Positions 21,154 through 30,988 of a stretch of 64,000 nt of DNA are shown one piece after another; position 1 is the stretch's first letter; the number at the start of each line of letters is the position of its first letter. The notes beneath the pieces were generated by a model. That model was not told where the DNA came from. It saw nothing but the letters and a program-made list of their open reading frames with translations, and ran no database searches. Position numbers and translations under genes: made by a program. This stretch comes from Candidatus Saccharimonadota bacterium (GTDB lineage Bacteria; Patescibacteriota; Saccharimonadia; Saccharimonadales; SLHW01), in contig JAGXIU010000003.1 of NCBI GenBank assembly GCA_024635455.1, positions 290,446-354,445 of the forward strand, written 5' to 3'.

Positions 21154-21402
21154 CTAAGAAACAGCTGGTGCTAGTTTAGCAAGGTTATAGCCGACAACTA
21201 CTTCTCGTGAGTCATCTTGTTTTGTTACGACGGTTACTGGTACTGTCAGTGCTCCAGAAAGTTCTAGCGCTTCTTTTTGTCGGTCCGGTGAGCTGTCCAA
21301 GTTGACTTCCTCATATTCATAGCCCTTCGCGCCCAACCATTTTTTTACCATTCCGCAGTACGCGCAGGTGTTAGTGGTGAATATTGTTATGTTTTTTGGC
21401 AT
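21154..21402 (-). CDS. glutaredoxin-like protein (NrdH-like)
   Basis: 82 aa with a CAYC active site and a TVP motif. Confidence 0.75.
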   Translation of the reverse strand: MPKNITIFTTNTCAYCGMVKKWLGAKGYEYEEVNLDSSPDRQKEALELSGALTVPVTVVTKQDDSREVVVGYNLAKLAPAVS

Positions 21403-21446
21403 GTGTTTTACCCTCTACTTTTATTATTATTGCTGTCGATTCTATT

Positions 21447-21485
21447 ATATATAGCGCTTTTGAATAAATCAATAGCGCTATATAT
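21447..21485. promoter_or_regulatory. perfect 12-bp inverted repeat ATATATAGCGCT-N15-AGCGCTATATAT
   Basis: Read directly. Lies 4 nt after the FKBP stop and ~45 nt upstream of the NrdH-like start. Could be a terminator stem or an operator. Confidence 0.35.
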
Positions 21486-21489
21486 TGTG

Positions 21490-22056
21490 TTAGTCAATTG
21501 AAATTAACTCAATATCAAACACTAATGTGCCCAACGGACGTCCACCTTCGCCTGGCGTGTAATCAGCAGGTGCCTCGCCGTACGCAAGTTCGCCTGGGAT
21601 GATGAGTCGACGAGTACCGCCCTCTTTCATTCCGGGAATACCCTCTTGCCAGCCCTCAATCAAACCACTAAGTGGGGAGCTAAATGGCTGACCACTATCT
21701 TTAGAGCTTTCGAAAATCTCACCGTTTACTGCGTAAGCACCGGTGTAATGTGCAGTTATAGTTGCGCCTGCCTCCACCTCGGTTCCATCACCTTCAGCTA
21801 TATCAATCACTTCGATTTCAGCGACTGGCTCAGTAATCGGGTCAAAATTTTGTAACGTTGTGCCTTGTAGGCTATCTTCTGGCTGCACTGGGTTCTCCTC
21901 TAATTCTTGCGGTTGTGATTCATCTAGCTGAGCTGTGTCATCCTGAGTATTATCTCCTATGATTGAGAAGATAATTACACCGGTAAAAGCCAGCGTCGAC
22001 AAAAGAAACACAATAACAATTACAATAATAAACATTCTCTGCGGATCTTTCGCCAT
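21490..22056 (-). CDS. FKBP-type peptidyl-prolyl isomerase, membrane anchored
   Basis: HYTGAYAVNGEIFESS...GLIEGWQEGIPGMKEGGTRRLIIPGELAYG; N-terminal TM. Confidence 0.85.
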   Translation of the reverse strand: MAKDPQRMFIIVIVIVFLLSTLAFTGVIIFSIIGDNTQDDTAQLDESQPQELEENPVQPEDSLQGTTLQNFDPITEPVAEIEVIDIAEGDGTEVEAGATITAHYTGAYAVNGEIFESSKDSGQPFSSPLSGLIEGWQEGIPGMKEGGTRRLIIPGELAYGEAPADYTPGEGGRPLGTLVFDIELISID

Positions 22057-22101
22057 GTGGGCCTCCTTTTAGTCCTTGCAATGCGTTTAAGTATAACGCA
22101 T

Positions 22102-22557
22102 CTAGGCTGAATATTCAGTTGTAAAAGTTTCTGCAGTTTGCGGGAAACCGTTTTGTACTGCTTGGAGAAGTTTATCGCGTAATGTCTTCGACAAAAATGG
22201 TTTTTGGTGCAATGTTGCTACGTTAATCCACATTGGACGATATAGGTTTTTGCCAAGCTTGTTGATAGCCGCTTCTTCACTATCAGGGGAAAGTTTTGGT
22301 TCGCCGCCGACGTATTCACACAGGTAAATGTATTGGGTTCCGTACGGCTGGCCAGCTTCCTCGATAAATACCAATTCTGCGCTGCCGAGGTCCATACCGG
22401 TTTCTTCCTTTACCTCTCGCCGTACAGCCGATTCTGTTGTTTCGCCAATCTCGACGTTTCCACCAGGCAGGGTTTCGTATTCCTTGCCAAACTTATTTCG
22501 GTGCATGATGAGTAGTTTCCCCTCATGTAACACAATAGCTCGCGCTGCTTTTCTCAT
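22102..22557 (-). CDS. NUDIX hydrolase
   Basis: Nudix box GGNVEIGETTESAVRREVKEETG. ATG at 22557 preferred over the TTG at 22617, which overlaps the ABC gene. Confidence 0.8.
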   Translation of the reverse strand: MRKAARAIVLHEGKLLIMHRNKFGKEYETLPGGNVEIGETTESAVRREVKEETGMDLGSAELVFIEEAGQPYGTQYIYLCEYVGGEPKLSPDSEEAAINKLGKNLYRPMWINVATLHQKPFLSKTLRDKLLQAVQNGFPQTAETFTTEYSA

Positions 22558-22585
22558 GCTTATTAGTATACCAGCTTCGTTTAGG

Positions 22586-24376
22586 CTATGTGTTGTTTGT
22601 TGTTGAGACGACGCCAAAACGCTTCAGAGCATCTGCTACTTCCTCTGGGTTTGTGCCTTGTTGCAGTTCTAAGAGGCGCTGATAGAGCCCGCCACTTTTT
22701 GCGAGTTTCCTCGGTGTACCGATTTCATCGACTTTGCCACCGCGTAGCGTAATGATTGTGTCTACGTGCTGAATGGTACTTAAGCGGTGAGCAATAATTA
22801 TTGTGGTCCGACCATGCATAAGTCGTTCTAATGCCTCCTTGACCATGGCCTCGCTACGGCTGTCCAGGCTACTGGTAGCTTCATCAAGAATCAAGATTGG
22901 TGCGTTTTTTAAGAGAGCTCGAGCGATAGCAATACGCTGTTTTTGTCCGCCGGATAACTTCAGACCACGTTCACCAATTTCAGTCTCATACCCCTTCTTA
23001 AACGAGTCAACGAACTCGTGCGCATTAGCCTGCTTAGCGGCTTGGACTACTTCTGCTTTTTTGGCATCAGGTTTGGCGTAGGCGATATTCTCCCATATAG
23101 TCCCGCTAAACAACGCTGGTTCTTGAAAAACAGTCGCAATTGAACGATGCAAGCTGGCACGATTTACCGTCGCAATGTCCTGACCATCTATATATATGGC
23201 GCCATCATCTGGCGAATATAACCGCATTAGCAGATTAGAGATCGTGGTTTTACCCTCACCACTTTCCCCGACCAAAGCCACCTTCTTACCCTTTTTAATC
23301 TGGAAAGAAACGTCTCGTATAACCGTTTCAGTTTGGTTGTAGCCAAAAGAGACATCGTCAAACTTAACTGAACCGTCACTTAGCTGGAGATTAGGCGAAC
23401 CAGGCGCATCGACCTCAGCAATCTTTTCATCCATAATTTCGAAGTAATCCCTACTGTCACTAATCGCTCGTTGCGTATTCTCCACTAAGAAACTAATGGT
23501 AAAGATTGGGATACGTATTTGCATTGCGTAGAGGATAAGTGCAACCGCTTGTCCTGGGGATATGTCACCTTGAGCACCTTGCACAAAGATCAACATAAAC
23601 ACACCAAAGAAGATGATATTTAGCGCGATACGACGCTGAAAGTCCTTCACGTGCCAATATCGTGACTGTGGCTGTACCAGCCCGATTACTTTGCTAAAGT
23701 GCCGACGAAACGAGGCTAACTCCCGCTGTTCTTGGAGGTAATTCTTCACTACCTTTATTTGGGTAATGACTTCAGCAAAACGACCACTTGCTATATCGAG
23801 ATGTCGGTTTTTCTTCTCCTGATAACGCTGCCATTTGGGACTGCTGCGAAAGGTCATAAATATATATATCGGATACAACGTGAACAATAGGAGCGCGACC
23901 TGCCAGCTATATATAGCAACAGCTATTAGCGAGAATATAGTGGTGAAGATAAACTGCAAAAAGTTGTTGCTAAACATTTGCATGAACCGAGTAATTTGCT
24001 CAATAGATCGATTCAGACGATTTATTATTTTACCCGATTGCTCAGTATCAAAATATGACTGCGGTAAGTTCAATAAATGTTGGTAGTAGTTGGTGCTTAA
24101 TGTCTTGTGCACACGTGCAGATGCAACATCTCCTAGATAACCGCTGTAGTTACTCAAAATATTCTGCAGAAAATCTAGTACAAATATTGCGAATGCTAAC
24201 CAGGCAACGTAACTAATACGTGCGTCTGCCCCAGCGCGCATTTCGTCAATTGCCCAACCAGATATCAGCGGTGTTAGGAGCGTTAATAGACTCAGCACTA
24301 CAGTAGCCAGTCCGATGAGCCCGTACGTCCTCCAGAGTCCTCTGGTTGTCCTGATAATTCGCCAAATGTGTTTCAT
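22586..24376 (-). CDS. ABC transporter, fused permease/ATPase (exporter type)
   Basis: Six-TM N-terminal half, Walker A GESGEGKTT, LSGGQKQR, Walker B ILILDEATS. Confidence 0.9.
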   Translation of the reverse strand: MKHIWRIIRTTRGLWRTYGLIGLATVVLSLLTLLTPLISGWAIDEMRAGADARISYVAWLAFAIFVLDFLQNILSNYSGYLGDVASARVHKTLSTNYYQHLLNLPQSYFDTEQSGKIINRLNRSIEQITRFMQMFSNNFLQFIFTTIFSLIAVAIYSWQVALLLFTLYPIYIFMTFRSSPKWQRYQEKKNRHLDIASGRFAEVITQIKVVKNYLQEQRELASFRRHFSKVIGLVQPQSRYWHVKDFQRRIALNIIFFGVFMLIFVQGAQGDISPGQAVALILYAMQIRIPIFTISFLVENTQRAISDSRDYFEIMDEKIAEVDAPGSPNLQLSDGSVKFDDVSFGYNQTETVIRDVSFQIKKGKKVALVGESGEGKTTISNLLMRLYSPDDGAIYIDGQDIATVNRASLHRSIATVFQEPALFSGTIWENIAYAKPDAKKAEVVQAAKQANAHEFVDSFKKGYETEIGERGLKLSGGQKQRIAIARALLKNAPILILDEATSSLDSRSEAMVKEALERLMHGRTTIIIAHRLSTIQHVDTIITLRGGKVDEIGTPRKLAKSGGLYQRLLELQQGTNPEEVADALKRFGVVSTTNNT

Positions 24377-24504
24377 GCCAGATTATAGCGTAACGAATAT
24401 GCCTCGATAACACCAGTTTAAACGTTATTAACGTGTAGTGATTAGATGACTTTTAAAACACTATCCGTAATGGTCTCACCGAACAGACAGAAAGAACACT
24501 GTCT

Positions 24505-26253
24505 CTACCAGCCGCCACCACCTCCACCGCCGCCTCCGCCGCCGGCAGAGCCACCACCGGAAAACCCTGACCCACTTGAGCTCGCTGGTGGAGTAAAACT
24601 ATTGTTTATAGACGAATTTGTTTTTGACAGGCTACTAGCCAATCCGGCAGTCGAGAAGGAGCTCCAGCTACCCTGGTACCACTCTGGTGGCTCGCTATAT
24701 ATGTCCTGAAACGCTTTTGCCCATGTCGTCTCAATGCCTGAGGCGACAGCAAATGGCAACAACGACTCAAATAACTTAACCGTCCGTTCTGGCTCTTGTG
24801 CATTTTGTGCCAGCGGAGCCGCCGCCGCTTGAAGTGCCTTTATACGGTCTTTTTCTGCTACGCGAATGTATTTCTCAATCCCTTCAACATGCTCCAGCAG
24901 TAACTCACCCTGTTTACTTCGTTTCGTCATCAACGACCCAAAGACAAGCACAGCGATGAGCGTCAAACAGCTACTTATAACCAGTAACGAAGTCAACCAA
25001 TACGCTGTTACTAAGCCAATGAATACAACAGCAATCCCAAAGCCATATTCTTTCTTAAAGGCATTTGCCGAACGTAATGGGCTAATCTCAAACATGCCGT
25101 TATCTTGAGCTTTTTTATCGATTGTTTTCTTTAGTTTACGGAGCGTACTGTGCAGTTTATTCGCTTTGTCCTCGATAGCAACGCTAGCGCCGGCTTTGTT
25201 TGGCTCAAACAACGCATGCAATACCATAACTTCTTCTTCTGTTAAGGCAGTCTGGCTTTTTTCACGCAAGACAAGTTCGTGCTTTAACTTCCGACCTGAG
25301 CCGGTTTCTTTAATGGTTATGAACCCACGCACAGCCAAATCGATGATAGCTGCGCTTACATGACTCGGTGTAAGCTTGTGAGTTGCGACATAGTACGCCT
25401 GCAAAACGCTCATATCTTTTGGCCGCGTAAAGTACGGTACACGGATACCCCTATCTTTATAGTCCTTACCTTCTCTATACCACCGTTTGTACGCACGCAC
25501 TATTACATACGCCTGCAGGGCAACTACAAGTCCGGCAACAAGGTAACGCCAGTTGCGTTGCAACCATGGTTTTGGTGTGAAGTATCCTTTTTCAAAACCA
25601 ACTACAAACGATAGCGTTTGTCCTGGTTGCAGGCTGCTTTCTGACGTTATCATGGCTGAGTTTTGTCCAGCCTCAACCTGACAATCCTGATCAGTACTAC
25701 CCTCATCGCCAGTGAAGCAAATCGGTGGATTATCTTCATCTAATTCAGCGCCGGTCCTCACTTGTGCATCCACGGCCAAGAACGGTTGCCCCCAGTCAGT
25801 TCCGTTTGCGTCCCAAAACAGCTCATCATGCGTATCATAAAAACGTATAACATCCTCAACCTGATAGATTATCTGGTAGCTGTGTTGTCCAGTTATATAA
25901 ACGTCCGGGTCACCAATGCGCACAACCAAGTTGTCATTCTCGCTGTGGGTCGTGTATGGCTCAGCTTCACCGTCTCGCTCGACATCTATGACCTGAGTGT
26001 TTAGGTCTTGCCTGCCATAAACGTTTGGTATAGACCGCAGAATACCTCGGTTTTGACCACGGAAGTCCAGGTCAATGGCCTCAGTAATCAATAAACTCCC
26101 CTGCGGATGATCATTGCTCAAATCATAGTCTGCCGAAAAAGACGTAACAGTAAAATCATCCACCCCTTGCGCAAATATATTCGTCGGCAGGGCAATGCTC
26201 GATAGCAGTAACAAGACCAACAACACGCTAGATCGTGCTGTTATCCACCTCAT
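24505..26253 (-). CDS. DUF2207 domain-containing membrane protein
   Basis: Signal peptide, a large exported N-domain, several TM helices and the typical Gly-rich tail SGGGSAGGGGGGGGGGGW. Confidence 0.75.
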   Translation of the reverse strand: MRWITARSSVLLVLLLLSSIALPTNIFAQGVDDFTVTSFSADYDLSNDHPQGSLLITEAIDLDFRGQNRGILRSIPNVYGRQDLNTQVIDVERDGEAEPYTTHSENDNLVVRIGDPDVYITGQHSYQIIYQVEDVIRFYDTHDELFWDANGTDWGQPFLAVDAQVRTGAELDEDNPPICFTGDEGSTDQDCQVEAGQNSAMITSESSLQPGQTLSFVVGFEKGYFTPKPWLQRNWRYLVAGLVVALQAYVIVRAYKRWYREGKDYKDRGIRVPYFTRPKDMSVLQAYYVATHKLTPSHVSAAIIDLAVRGFITIKETGSGRKLKHELVLREKSQTALTEEEVMVLHALFEPNKAGASVAIEDKANKLHSTLRKLKKTIDKKAQDNGMFEISPLRSANAFKKEYGFGIAVVFIGLVTAYWLTSLLVISSCLTLIAVLVFGSLMTKRSKQGELLLEHVEGIEKYIRVAEKDRIKALQAAAAPLAQNAQEPERTVKLFESLLPFAVASGIETTWAKAFQDIYSEPPEWYQGSWSSFSTAGLASSLSKTNSSINNSFTPPASSSGSGFSGGGSAGGGGGGGGGGGW

Positions 26254-28772
26254 AAACGTTCTGCGCTCAGCTCAGTATCAGCTTGCGTAGCAACTGTATC
26301 TAAAACATCGCTCAGTTCAGTATCTTTCATTGTTTTCCTGTCGGATACAGCAGTAATCCGGAACGCCATGTGCTTGGATGAAGCGTCTTTTTCTGGTTGA
26401 TAGATATCAATCGGCTCCACCTGATAACGAATATGTTGGCTGGAAGGGATGGATGCGCGTATACACTGGTGTACTTCGGCGTAAGTGCGATCCGCTGGTA
26501 GCTTTAGGGATATATCCTGAGAAATACTTGGGTATTTCGACAACTGTTGATACTGCTTGCTGGTTGCATATTTTTCAAGCAATTTGATGTCTAGCTCAAG
26601 CGAAGCAGTAGCTCGTGGTAACTTGAGTCGACGAGCAACTTGTTGACGTGGTTCACCGATGACACCAATGACCTCATCAGCAATCTTAATTAAACCAGTT
26701 CGACTGGCATCATATGGCGCCCGCGATACATCCGTTGCTGTATCGTCAGAGTCGGCGTGATTGTTCATAGTCTGAACCGAATAGCTTACGCCGAGTTCGC
26801 TACATAGCCTGTCTAAGTACTTTCGTGCTTGATAATAGGCCGCGCCGGCGTAATGAGCCGACCATGTTTTATCGTCGCTTGCAAAAACCAGCGACAGTCG
26901 TTCACGTTCAGCTGGTACGGCTGGCTCGGTCTCGTCCATAACGAATTTTTGATGAGTTTTGCCAATCTCAAACAGTACAAATGCACCATACCCCGCCTTG
27001 ATGTTGGCGTGCACTTTTTCGAGCAGACTTGGCGTAAGGCTCAAGCGATAATACTGCAAATCTGGACTAATCGCATTGGTTAAGCGATGCGCCGTTTCTG
27101 GATCTTGACCAGCGGCCTCAAGTAGTCTGCCGTGCACAAAGTTGTAGGTTAGCACCTCATTAGCTCCAGCAGATGCTAGTATCTCTCGAATATGGTATTT
27201 CAAATCAAGCAGTTGATTACGGTCGGTTGGTGCGACAGATCTTCGCGGTAACGTCAGTGGCACTTTATCAAAGCCGATTAAACGACCAATCTCCTCGACG
27301 ATGTCCTCTGCTATAGCAATGTCAGTTCGCCAGAATGGCGCTTGGACCTGCAGACCGTCGGCGTCCTTATGCACGTTGAACTCAACATTTGTTAACACTG
27401 TTTGTATCTGATCTGCACCGACGAACATACCCAAACGCTTCTCAATAAACGCCGGCGTTATCCAGATTACGTTATTCTCAGGATACTCGGTTACCTCATC
27501 TTCAACTGCACTCGCAACCTCGGCTCCAGAAACGTATTCGATTGTTGCGATTGCCTCATGTAGTACGCGATCAGTCTGATGTGGTGATTGCCCTTTATTA
27601 AATCGTGTAACAGCATCGGTGAATAATCCGTGGCGCATGCTTGCCCGACGAATCGCATACATATCAAAGTTAGCGCATTCCAGCACTATTTGCGTTGTCT
27701 GCTCATCGACTTCAGTTTCTAATCCGCCCATAACACCACCAATACCGACTGGCTTGTCATGACTGGTAATCAATATGGTCTCCTCGTCATCAAACGTCAC
27801 ACTTTTACCATCTAGCAACTTCAGTGTTTCACCACGGCGAGATAAGCGAGTCTCGAGTTGCAACGTTTGGTCAGTTTTTGGTGCGAGCGCTAGAAGCTTA
27901 CCGGCATCATAGGCGTGAAGCGGTTGGCCGGTCAGCACCATCAAATAATTAGTTGCGTCGACAATATTGTTAATCGGTCGAATACCTACTCTTGCCAGAT
28001 AACTACGCATAATGAACGGGCTCTGCTTTATGGAGATACCGCTCATCACCACAGCTGTGAACCGCGGTACTTTATCTGGTATCTGGTTGTCAATTCGTAA
28101 ACCTACTGCGCCTTGCTTGGACTGTAGCTCCTCGAGTAGTTGGCTATACCACTTCGGTGATACAAACTGCTTACCGGTAATGCCGGCAATCTCGCGAGCA
28201 ACACCTAAGATACCAAAGCAATCTGGTCGATGCGTAAACATCTTGTTCTCAATATCAAGCACGATATCATCCAGCTCATACACTTCAGCGAAGTCTTCTC
28301 CTGGTTGAGCACTGACATCTACTTCAACAATTCCCGTATGGTCGTCGCCAATCGCCAGCTCATTGGCACTCGCCAACATGCCATTACTTACTACACCGCG
28401 CAGTTCTCGGGCTTCAAGTACAAATGGGTCTTTATCAAAGCTCGCTGGTACGGTTGCACCAGGCGGAAGCCAGACTGCTGACATGCCAGCACGGACATTT
28501 GGCGCACCACAGACTACCTCTATAAGGTTATCTTTGTTGCGCGCAACGTCCTTCATCGCACCGCCATCATCAACCAGGCAAACACTGAGCTTATCGGCGT
28601 TTGGATGTTTTTCAGCAGAAACAACTTTCACAATATGCAGCCCGCGATACTTCGCGCCGATGTCAATCACTTCCTCGACCGCGCCAAGCTGCTCGCCAAT
28701 TTTTTGCACCAATTCATCAGCTGGCAAATCGACTTCAGTAAACTGTTTTATCCAATTAATACTTACTTTCAT
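26250..28772 (-). CDS. pheT: phenylalanine--tRNA ligase beta subunit
   Basis: 840 aa with an N-terminal tRNA-binding domain (MKVSINWIK...) plus B3/4 and B5 regions. Overlaps DUF2207 by 4 nt and lies next to pheS. Confidence 0.95.
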   Translation of the reverse strand: MKVSINWIKQFTEVDLPADELVQKIGEQLGAVEEVIDIGAKYRGLHIVKVVSAEKHPNADKLSVCLVDDGGAMKDVARNKDNLIEVVCGAPNVRAGMSAVWLPPGATVPASFDKDPFVLEARELRGVVSNGMLASANELAIGDDHTGIVEVDVSAQPGEDFAEVYELDDIVLDIENKMFTHRPDCFGILGVAREIAGITGKQFVSPKWYSQLLEELQSKQGAVGLRIDNQIPDKVPRFTAVVMSGISIKQSPFIMRSYLARVGIRPINNIVDATNYLMVLTGQPLHAYDAGKLLALAPKTDQTLQLETRLSRRGETLKLLDGKSVTFDDEETILITSHDKPVGIGGVMGGLETEVDEQTTQIVLECANFDMYAIRRASMRHGLFTDAVTRFNKGQSPHQTDRVLHEAIATIEYVSGAEVASAVEDEVTEYPENNVIWITPAFIEKRLGMFVGADQIQTVLTNVEFNVHKDADGLQVQAPFWRTDIAIAEDIVEEIGRLIGFDKVPLTLPRRSVAPTDRNQLLDLKYHIREILASAGANEVLTYNFVHGRLLEAAGQDPETAHRLTNAISPDLQYYRLSLTPSLLEKVHANIKAGYGAFVLFEIGKTHQKFVMDETEPAVPAERERLSLVFASDDKTWSAHYAGAAYYQARKYLDRLCSELGVSYSVQTMNNHADSDDTATDVSRAPYDASRTGLIKIADEVIGVIGEPRQQVARRLKLPRATASLELDIKLLEKYATSKQYQQLSKYPSISQDISLKLPADRTYAEVHQCIRASIPSSQHIRYQVEPIDIYQPEKDASSKHMAFRITAVSDRKTMKDTELSDVLDTVATQADTELSAERL

Positions 28773-28774
28773 AT

Positions 28775-29800
28775 CTAAAACTGCCTCAAAAAGTCTAGTT
28801 TTGCCGACTCAAAGTGCCGAACATCTTCAATACCATATCTCATCATCACCATCCGCTCGATGCCAAAACCCCAGGCAAACCCGGTATAGATATTTGGGTC
28901 TATATCTGCATGAGAGAGCACGTTCGGATGAATCATCCCGCAACCACCAAGCTCTAGCCACTTCTGTTCTTCTGAATCATCCTTGCGCAAAAAATCTGGA
29001 CGCTCAACGGCAAATTCAAAGCTTGGCTCCGTGAACGGGAAATAAAACGGTTGAATCTTGGTGTTTAGCTCTTGGCGGAAGTACTGGCTCATATATGTTT
29101 GCAGTGTCGCCACCAAATTACCGGTGTTAATATCCTTGCCGACTACCACGCCCTCAAGCTGATAAAACGTATGCTCGTGCGTCGCATCCAGGTCTTCATT
29201 ACGAAACACTCTATCAGGAATGACGACACGAATATCCTCACCGTCAGCCAGCACATGCTTATACTCTTTTAGAACTCGATTTTGCATGGTGCTGGTGTGA
29301 GCTGGCGCGATGAAGCCCTCCTCACTCATAAACGTATCGTAATGATCGCGGGCAGGATGATCATCGGGAAAGTTCAAGCTCTCGAACATGTGATAATCAT
29401 CGTCAATCTGTCGCGACTCTGACACGTTAAAGCCCATTCGATAAAAAATATCAATCATATCACCTATTTCAGCTGGTATCGGGTGTTGACTGCCTTTGTC
29501 GCTCGTCAATAGGCGCGGTCGTTTCTGGTCGCTGACGTTAACATCGAATGGCGCCGTGACATCTATTGGTCGCCTATCATCTGACTCAGTTTGCTCAGCG
29601 CCAAGCTCTTCTAGCTCGGTTTTTAACTGATTAACCTGCTTTCCAAATGCCGCTCGCTCATCAGCTGGAAGTGTTGGGATTTCTGCGTATAGCGCACGTA
29701 ACTCATCAGAACGGAGCACCTGTGACACGGGATCTCCTGCGGCAATACGTCTCCGTAGGCTCTCAGCGACATGCTTTAGCGTTTCTTGTGAATTGCTCAT
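28775..29800 (-). CDS. pheS: phenylalanine--tRNA ligase alpha subunit
   Basis: Class II motifs (FRNEDLDATHEHTFYQLEG, GFAWGFGIERM). ATG at 29800 (MSNSQE...) preferred over the 33-aa upstream extension. Confidence 0.95.
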   Translation of the reverse strand: MSNSQETLKHVAESLRRRIAAGDPVSQVLRSDELRALYAEIPTLPADERAAFGKQVNQLKTELEELGAEQTESDDRRPIDVTAPFDVNVSDQKRPRLLTSDKGSQHPIPAEIGDMIDIFYRMGFNVSESRQIDDDYHMFESLNFPDDHPARDHYDTFMSEEGFIAPAHTSTMQNRVLKEYKHVLADGEDIRVVIPDRVFRNEDLDATHEHTFYQLEGVVVGKDINTGNLVATLQTYMSQYFRQELNTKIQPFYFPFTEPSFEFAVERPDFLRKDDSEEQKWLELGGCGMIHPNVLSHADIDPNIYTGFAWGFGIERMVMMRYGIEDVRHFESAKLDFLRQF

Positions 29801-29845
29801 ATTAAGCTCAAGTATAACAGATTGATTTGTTATACTAGCCACGAT

Positions 29846-30469
29846 ATGCGCATTACCAAATACCCCCATAGTTGCTTCAAGGTCGAAAAAGATGGCCAAG
29901 CATTACTCATCGACATTGGTAATTTTTCGACCGCCAAAGTAACGTTGCAAGATGTTGGTGATTTTTCCGCCATTCTTATTACGCACCAACACGCTGATCA
30001 TATTGACCCAAAGCTCGAGCAATGGCTTCAAGGCAAAACTGTAGCAATCTATGCCAACCAAGACGTCGCCAATACGTTCCCTCAGCTGGACATCACAGTT
30101 GTTGAGGATAACCAGTCACTCGATATAGCTGGCTTCACTATTACAGCGCGTTATCTCGCACATTGTAAGATGCCTGACGGAAGCGACGGCCCGCCTAACA
30201 CTGGTTACGTCATTGATGGTACATTTTTCCACCCAGGTGATGGTGTGGCCATAGACAATCTTCAGGTTGACACTCTGGCCGCACCAATTGCTGGGCCGAG
30301 CGTCTCTATTCTTGATGCTGTCACGCTTGCTCGTTCTGTCCATGCAAAAACACTTATCCCAATGCACTATGACAACCCAGTATTTTTTAATGACCCTGCC
30401 GTACTGGCTGAGCGTTTTCATGATGCTCGTGTTGTCATATTACATAACAAGCAATCAGTGGAGGTATAA
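29846..30469 (+). CDS. MBL-fold metallo-hydrolase
   Basis: ITHQHADH motif. ATG at 29846 preferred over the TTG at 29822. Confidence 0.75.
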   Translation: MRITKYPHSCFKVEKDGQALLIDIGNFSTAKVTLQDVGDFSAILITHQHADHIDPKLEQWLQGKTVAIYANQDVANTFPQLDITVVEDNQSLDIAGFTITARYLAHCKMPDGSDGPPNTGYVIDGTFFHPGDGVAIDNLQVDTLAAPIAGPSVSILDAVTLARSVHAKTLIPMHYDNPVFFNDPAVLAERFHDARVVILHNKQSVEV

Positions 30470-30472
30470 CCA

Positions 30473-30970
30473 ATGGCTAATTTTTCATTCGACATCGTAT
30501 CCGAGTTCGACAAATCAGAAATGAACAATGCATTCGATCAATCACAACGAGAAATCGTCAACCGCTACGACTTCAAAGGTACCCCAGCAGCAATAGAATG
30601 GCTCGGCGATGATAAATCAGGTATCAAGGTTACCGGCAACGGTGATTGGCAGATTGATGCACTGATTGATATATTCCGTAAAAAACTCGGCAGTCGCAAC
30701 ATCAGCCAGAAAGTACTCGACACCAGCAAGCCAGCCACAACCACCAACATGAAAACCAGCAAAGAAGTACCCTTCGTACAAGGGCTCGATCAGGACAAGG
30801 CCAAGAAGCTCACCAAGCAGATTCGAGATAAGTACCCAAAGGCAAAGACACAGATTCAAGGCGACAGCGTACGCGTCACCAGTGCCAAAAAAGATGAGCT
30901 ACAAGCTGTCATGCAACTTATCCGCACCCTTGAGCTGGAATTTCCAGTCCATTTTACCAATTACCGTTAG
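30473..30970 (+). CDS. yajQ: YajQ-family nucleotide-binding protein
   Basis: MANFSFDIVSEFDKSEMNNAFDQSQREIVNRYDFKG is the characteristic UPF0234/YajQ N-terminus; 165 aa. Confidence 0.85.
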   Translation: MANFSFDIVSEFDKSEMNNAFDQSQREIVNRYDFKGTPAAIEWLGDDKSGIKVTGNGDWQIDALIDIFRKKLGSRNISQKVLDTSKPATTTNMKTSKEVPFVQGLDQDKAKKLTKQIRDKYPKAKTQIQGDSVRVTSAKKDELQAVMQLIRTLELEFPVHFTNYR

Positions 30971-30988
30971 CAGATTATACTGGGGGTT

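Noticed and set aside
24446-24709. 87-aa plus-strand ORF with a poly-Pro run
   Set aside because: It is the mirror image of the Gly-rich (GGN) tail of the DUF2207 gene on the minus strand, so it is an antisense artefact.
28363-29034. 223-aa plus-strand ORF; also 44925-45434(+), 8470-8979(+) and 9959-10363(+)
   Set aside because: They are antisense to well-supported genes (pheT/pheS, rmuC, the 422-aa ORF, the PfkB kinase), with S/R/C-rich composition typical of shadow ORFs.
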